Shown: in pieces, positions 58,901-64,000 of the stretch | Numbering within the stretch: the stretch's first letter is position 1 | How the letters are laid out: each line of letters begins with the position of its first letter | Assembly (NCBI GenBank): GCA_963797095.1 | Contig: CAWCNY010000003.1 | Span: forward strand, 704,001-768,000 | Direction of reading: 5' to 3' | DNA: 64,000 nt | Source: an uncultured Chloroflexia bacterium | GTDB taxonomy: Bacteria; Chloroflexota; Chloroflexia; QHBQ01; JADMIH01 | Translations under genes and position numbers: made by a program | The notes under the pieces: generated by a model | What the model was told of the DNA's origin: nothing | The model's database searches: none | The model's input: the letters and a program-made list of their open reading frames with translations, nothing else

Positions 58901-61546
58901 ATGAAAGTGCGCGCTACTCTGATCGCTGCGGTCCCGCTACTGGCGCTGGCGCTGGTGCTCTCGGCATGCGACCAGCAGGCCATTCCCACCGCCCCACCCG
59001 TCCCAACACAAGGCACAGCCACCACCCAGGATCTCCAGGCTACGATAGAGGCCCTGCAAACCGTGGTCGCTTCTACTGTGGTCGCGCAAGCTCCAACCCC
59101 GGAGGCTACAGCCGAGACCGCATCCGAGGCTACATCTGAAGCCACCACCGAGCCTGCCGCCGAAGCCACATCCGAGGCCATTCAGGAGCCGGAGGCCACC
59201 ACTGAAGCAGGTGTGGAGGGCTCTTCGGACGATGAAGTGCCACCAACGGATACGCCCGTTGCGCTCCCCGCAGGGCCTGCTGTGGTCCTCACCGGGCACC
59301 CCCGCCTGCTGGTAAGCGCCGAAGACCTGCCCCGGCTCCGCTCCTGGGCTGTGGACAGCAACCCGATCTACAAAAACGGCCTCCTGCCGGTCATAGAACA
59401 AGCTAAGGCCGATATGGACGCGGGCACGGTTGTGCAGCAGGACAACGCGGGCACCCGCTACTCGGATTACCCGAATGAGCTGTACGCCGAGCTGTTCGCT
59501 TTCGCGTCCCTCATCGCTAATGATCAGGCTACCCGCGACGATTACGCCCAGCGTGCCCGCACCCTCCTCATGCGCATTATGAACGAGGTTGTCAAAGGCT
59601 ATGCCGACAACGAGCCATACCGTGACCTCGCCTTCCCAACCAGCGACCGTTCAAGATGGCAGGGGGAGGCATACGGCCTGACGGTGGACTGGATATATCC
59701 GTACCTCTCCGCGGAGGACAAAGCTATTATCCACAAGGCATTCGTTCAGTGGTCCGACACAATAGTGACCAACGGTTATCACCACCCTGAGCCGATCGGC
59801 CTGGTCAATGACCCGCAACTGGTCGCCGATAAGTCCATCGCCCGTTGGGCAGCCAACAACTACTTCAACGGCAACATGCGGAACCTGGGCCTCATGGCCC
59901 TCTCTTTCGACACAGCAGACGACCAGGGCGGAGAACTGGGGAAGTATCTGAATAACGCTATAGGCGCGCGCCTCTACATGTCCGATTACATAATGCGCAA
60001 TGATGCCGCGGGGGGAATGCCCGCAGAAGGTTTCGAGTACGGCGGAGCGCAGCTCGGCTACATCTTGCAATTCCTCTATGCGTTGCACACTGCCGGCCAG
60101 TCTGACACCGCTGTGTGGGGTCCGCAGGTCTCGATAGACAACCCCTTCTGGAACAACTTCGTCAACGGGTTTTTGCACTCTTTCAGTCCCGCGCCCCTCG
60201 ATCATCCGGAGTTCGGGCAGGTATACCAGACTGCCTTCTACGGTGACGGAGAAAAATACCTACCACCTCCCGACTTCATGGAATCTTTTGGCCCTCTGGC
60301 CCTGTACGCCAGGTCGATGGGCAACACGGAACTGGTGGATAAGATACGCTGGATCGAGACGAACCTGGCCCCCGGAGGCGCGGATAAGCTAATGGAGCGG
60401 GCCGCTGACTCCCATATCTTCTTCGACGACATACTCTACTTCATGCTCTTCGATCCGAACGCAGGGCAGCCCGCCGACCCGCATCTATCGCAGCCACTCA
60501 ACTTCTACGCCCCTGGCACCGGCCACATCCTGTCGCGCACCGGTTGGGACCCCGGTGCGACCTGGTTCACCTACATGCTAAGCTGGATGTCTATAGACCA
60601 CCAGCAGGCCGACGGCAACAGCTTCGATTTCTACCGCGATGGGGAATGGCTCACTAAAGAGCGCGTTGGTTACGAGCTATTCAGCTCCGACTACCACAAT
60701 ACCCTGGCGTTGCAGAACGACAAGCCCGACCGGTACGTTGAGGGAGAGTATCTTGCCATCGAAAGTGATCGCGGCTCGCAGTACATATTGACAAACGATG
60801 AAGGCAAGTTGGTCGCTCACAGCTTCGGCCGGGGATTCACCTACGCACTCGGCGACGCGACGGGCCTGTACAACTCGCTTTACGAAGAAGTGACTGACAT
60901 TACCCACGTGAGCCGCTCCATCGTCTGGCTGCAACCCGACTACATTTTTGTTTACGACCGCGCTTCTTCCAAGACGGCTGGGCGCTTCAAGAGGTTCTGG
61001 CTGCAAACGCCGACCCAGGCTGCGGTCTCGGGAAAGCAAGCCACTATGACGACAGAGAAGGGACAACAACTGTTCGTTACGACGTTGCTGCCCCAGGATG
61101 CCATCGTTGCCTCGGAGCCTGTAGATACCTATGGAGAGGAAAACACCGCTCAGGAAGAGCCAATGAAGTATCGCCTCAGGGTTGAGGCTCCGGGCGGGCC
61201 GCAGAATGTGCGCTTCCTCAACGTGTTGCAGGGCGCGGATGCCGGTGCTAGCCCCGACCCTGCAACCCTCATAGAGAGCACGGGCGGCACACCCTACGCA
61301 GGGGCGGTGGCGCACGGCGTGGCCGTGATGTTCCCCGTTGATCTTGGCGACAACTTCTCCAGCCTTACATACACTGCCCCATCAGACGCGACCGCGCACC
61401 TGATCACCGGGCTAACTCCCAACGCGGGCTATGACGCCGAAGTGACGAGCACAGGAGGGAGTGTGCAGGTAAGTGTGAAGCCGGGCAGCAAGTACACGGC
61501 GGACGACGGTGGCGTGCTGGTGCTGGGCACATTGCCGCGCAACTGA
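58901..61546 (+). CDS. Lipoprotein, heparinase II/III-like polysaccharide lyase fold
   Basis: Lipobox LSAC; TEA-rich linker; HPRL, NN, EG.EYG, RTGW, DHQQAD..F, HNT. Confidence 0.65.
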   Translation: MKVRATLIAAVPLLALALVLSACDQQAIPTAPPVPTQGTATTQDLQATIEALQTVVASTVVAQAPTPEATAETASEATSEATTEPAAEATSEAIQEPEATTEAGVEGSSDDEVPPTDTPVALPAGPAVVLTGHPRLLVSAEDLPRLRSWAVDSNPIYKNGLLPVIEQAKADMDAGTVVQQDNAGTRYSDYPNELYAELFAFASLIANDQATRDDYAQRARTLLMRIMNEVVKGYADNEPYRDLAFPTSDRSRWQGEAYGLTVDWIYPYLSAEDKAIIHKAFVQWSDTIVTNGYHHPEPIGLVNDPQLVADKSIARWAANNYFNGNMRNLGLMALSFDTADDQGGELGKYLNNAIGARLYMSDYIMRNDAAGGMPAEGFEYGGAQLGYILQFLYALHTAGQSDTAVWGPQVSIDNPFWNNFVNGFLHSFSPAPLDHPEFGQVYQTAFYGDGEKYLPPPDFMESFGPLALYARSMGNTELVDKIRWIETNLAPGGADKLMERAADSHIFFDDILYFMLFDPNAGQPADPHLSQPLNFYAPGTGHILSRTGWDPGATWFTYMLSWMSIDHQQADGNSFDFYRDGEWLTKERVGYELFSSDYHNTLALQNDKPDRYVEGEYLAIESDRGSQYILTNDEGKLVAHSFGRGFTYALGDATGLYNSLYEEVTDITHVSRSIVWLQPDYIFVYDRASSKTAGRFKRFWLQTPTQAAVSGKQATMTTEKGQQLFVTTLLPQDAIVASEPVDTYGEENTAQEEPMKYRLRVEAPGGPQNVRFLNVLQGADAGASPDPATLIESTGGTPYAGAVAHGVAVMFPVDLGDNFSSLTYTAPSDATAHLITGLTPNAGYDAEVTSTGGSVQVSVKPGSKYTADDGGVLVLGTLPRN

Positions 61547-61602
61547 GCCATCTCCCCTATGGCGCTTTGGGGGTCTTGGCCATAGCTGAACTACAACGCG
61601 GG

Positions 61603-61785
61603 CTACTTCTCTCCCACAACTGACGGGCAGTAGGAGGAGAAGGTGTTGGAGACGATCTTGGCGGCCTGCCCCCTCGTTACGTTGTTCCCTGGCCGGAAGT
61701 ACGGCCTGTTCTCAGGTCCTACGCACGGCTCACCCTCTCCTCCACATGGGTAGCCGTTGACTATGCCCCTGCTGCTCAGTCGCTC
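61603..61785 (-). pseudogene. C-terminal SLH fragment of a gene cut by IS6
   Basis: ERLSSRGIVNGYPCGGEGEPC..RPGNNVTRGQAAKIVSNTF abuts the IS end. Confidence 0.8.
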
Positions 61786-62099
61786 GGAAGCGTCAGGACT
61801 CAGTACTCGCAATTCTCTCTGTCGCGCTTTGGGTGTCTTAGCCAAGCCTCAACCACGATCATAGTCTGCCGTTAGGCCACCATCAGTAGATATTGTAGGG
61901 CACCAAGTCTCTCCCTGAACAGGCGGCGTTGTTCGGCCAAGGGCACGGTTTGTTTCTGCTTGGTTCGGTATCGGAAGTGGTCTCGCTGCTCATCATACGC
62001 CCGGCAAAATCGAGATGCCGACTCGAAAGAGCCGAACCCACGCATTGGGTAGTATCTCTGTTTGATGCCACGATGATCGTGTTCCAGCCTATTTTTCAA

Positions 62100-63608
62100 G
62101 TAGGATAGGCGGCCAGCGAGTTACCTTTGCAGGCACTTTTCCAACCGCCCTCCCCCGAGCCCTGCGTGCCCGTTTCCGTATCACGTGGCCCTCCGGTGAC
62201 CTATCTCGGCGAGTGCTCGCCCATCATAGCGCCCGTATTGAATGTCATGGTGGCATTTCTGGCAGACTATCAAGGTTTTGCGCTGTCGTGCTGCCATTAT
62301 TCGCATCCATCTTGGTCGTTCTGCGTGACCCTTTTGCTCAACGTCTGCTAACTTCCGTATGGGGTGAACTTCGATTTGCTCCGTTGCACCACATAGCTCA
62401 CAGCGTTGCGCCAGTAGTCGTTCGACCAACTCGCTACGGTCGCTCCAGATGGAGATGTTCAGGACTGTTTCGGCGTTTCGCATCACGCGTACCTCACAGC
62501 TACCGACCATCAGGTCACTTGTGCTCCTTCGCGCTGTGAGCGGACTTCCCGCTCTCCCTGGTGGGTCGTTACTCCCACGACTACTATGAGCTACTCCGTC
62601 ACCATTGGCCCGAAGGCCAACCCTAGGGCTCGAGCCCCTTAGGTGGTCCCATGTTCCGTCACAGAGGAACGTGCTAGAGCGACTTAGGTTCCCCACTCAT
62701 ATCCTTAAATGAGTCATTACTCATCATTCCTGTGTGCAAGGTGTACTACGCACGAAAGTGGATTACGTAGTTCATACAGGCATCGGTGTACAAACGTGCT
62801 ACCGACGTGCGTGCCTTTACGCTACTGGACATTGGGGTTCAGGTAGTTTAGCTTTAACCATATTGCTCAGGTGTTGCAGGGCCACAGTGTACACGTCTTC
62901 GACTGCTCCCCGCTTCACGACATGCTCTTGTTCCCTTTCCCTTTCGGATCCAGGTAAGTATGTTCACCTCGAAGTCATTACCCTGAACTTCGGCCATCTA
63001 CGATGGCGATTCCTCTATGCGTGACATGGCGCACGCTTTCCAGGCACGAGGCTCTCCAGTGGTAACTCTATCGATAACTACTCAGTTTCGGCATTCTGCA
63101 TCTCGCATACCTATCTGGCTGGCTATCTGTACCACCTGTGCCCCTTCCCCTTGTACTGGGCGTTACCCCAATCATTTGAGTAGTGTGGGCACTCCGTTAC
63201 CTTAGGCCTCTCGACCCTTAGGCAATCCCGCATTTACCCTTGTCAGACGTTTAGCTCGTTTAGGTGCCTCTCTCGTCCCCTTCCTCCTGTTCGTTACAGG
63301 TCGTTCACCGCGTAGAGCGTTCCATCAGCCGCTATTTTACTGACGTATTGCGGTGACGCCGATTACAAGTATGCTACGGCGGGTCACCAATTCGACCACT
63401 GGAGACTAAGGTTCAGCCAATACAGGTTTCACTATGTGAGCAGGACTTGCGGTGCATCGTGCTACATACTTTCACACTTATCCGCTTTAGTGCCATGCTG
63501 TTTTCCCCTTTGCCTTTCGACGCCAGGTAGGGCAGTTGTCCTTAGGGTCATATGCTCTCAACCCTATCGTCCTGAGAACGAAATCTGATAAGAGCCGAAA
63601 CGGCGCAC
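62100..63608 (-). mobile_element. Nested group II introns with deleted RT ORFs
   Basis: 5' GTGCG at 63608 and again at 63034; DV/DVI and 3' CCTATCCTAC at 62100. Removing the interval restores RTNRS|LKNRLEHDH in frame. Confidence 0.88.
62181..62483 (-). pseudogene. Internally deleted intron-encoded protein (N-terminal tip fused to the HNH domain)
   Basis: MRNAETVLNI is joined to ELVERLLA..CELCG..EVH.IRKL..RKTLIVCQKCH. No RT/YADD motif. Confidence 0.85.
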
Positions 63609-64000
63609 AGAGCGGTTGGTCCGGCGCTCGACCTTGCGGCCCAGTATCCGGCGTATGGCTCTTGGATAGGCATTATGTCCGTCGGTGGTCACCTTGGCCG
63701 GTCTGTGGCCAACCACTTCTCTGGCCTGCGTGAAGAACTTCTTGGCCGCCTCCATGTCTCGCTTCTCCGAGAGCATCGAGTCCACCAGATTGCCATCACA
63801 GTCTACGGCTCTGTACAGATAACACCATTTTCCGCCAACCTTGACGTACGTCTCGTCTGTGAACCACGATCCACCAGCTTTGCCTTTGCGCCTGGAGCGC
63901 AGTTGCTCGGTGACCAGCGGAGCGAACCGGCTTTCCCAATCTCTCACCGCTTCGTGGGTGAACTCGAAGCCTCGCTCCAGGAACATCTCAGCAAGATCTC

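Larger units (their letters stand above)
61786..64000 (-). mobile_element. IS6-family element (transposase exons 63609->64000 and 61872-62099), extends beyond the window
   Basis: DETYVKVGGKW.YLYRAVD, TTDG, NRLEHDHRGIK. Putative terminal repeat GGAAGCGTCAGGACT at 61786. Confidence 0.88.

Noticed and set aside
62181-62696. Functional reverse transcriptase (retron or DGR)
   Set aside because: No RT domain remains; only an intron HNH remnant is present.

Overview
GC-rich bacterial DNA, probably Chloroflexota (inferred from SLH proteins with CGGxGEPC inserts, many STAND/TPR regulators and the style of the intergenic repeats). From left to right it carries: (1) an rpoN / NtrC-type activator operon with back-to-back sigma-54 promoters; (2) a roughly 16 kb near-symmetric RiPP locus at 7.9-24 kb; (3) secreted and SLH proteins, two XRE-TPR regulators and pfkA; (4) an acyl-CoA synthetase, glpK and a class III PHA cluster in which one PhaC has lost its catalytic Cys; (5) an IS6 element interrupted by nested, RT-deleted group II introns. 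The RiPP locus is the best candidate for an undescribed system. It encodes an APH-type kinase, a HopA1-lyase/LanC-cyclase fusion, two homologous ~155-aa precursors (large shared leader, unrelated Cys/Thr/Ser cores), two papain/C39-like proteases and two XRE-NB-ARC-TPR regulators, with an ISKra4-like element inserted at its centre. All functional calls come from motifs read by eye; no database search was run.
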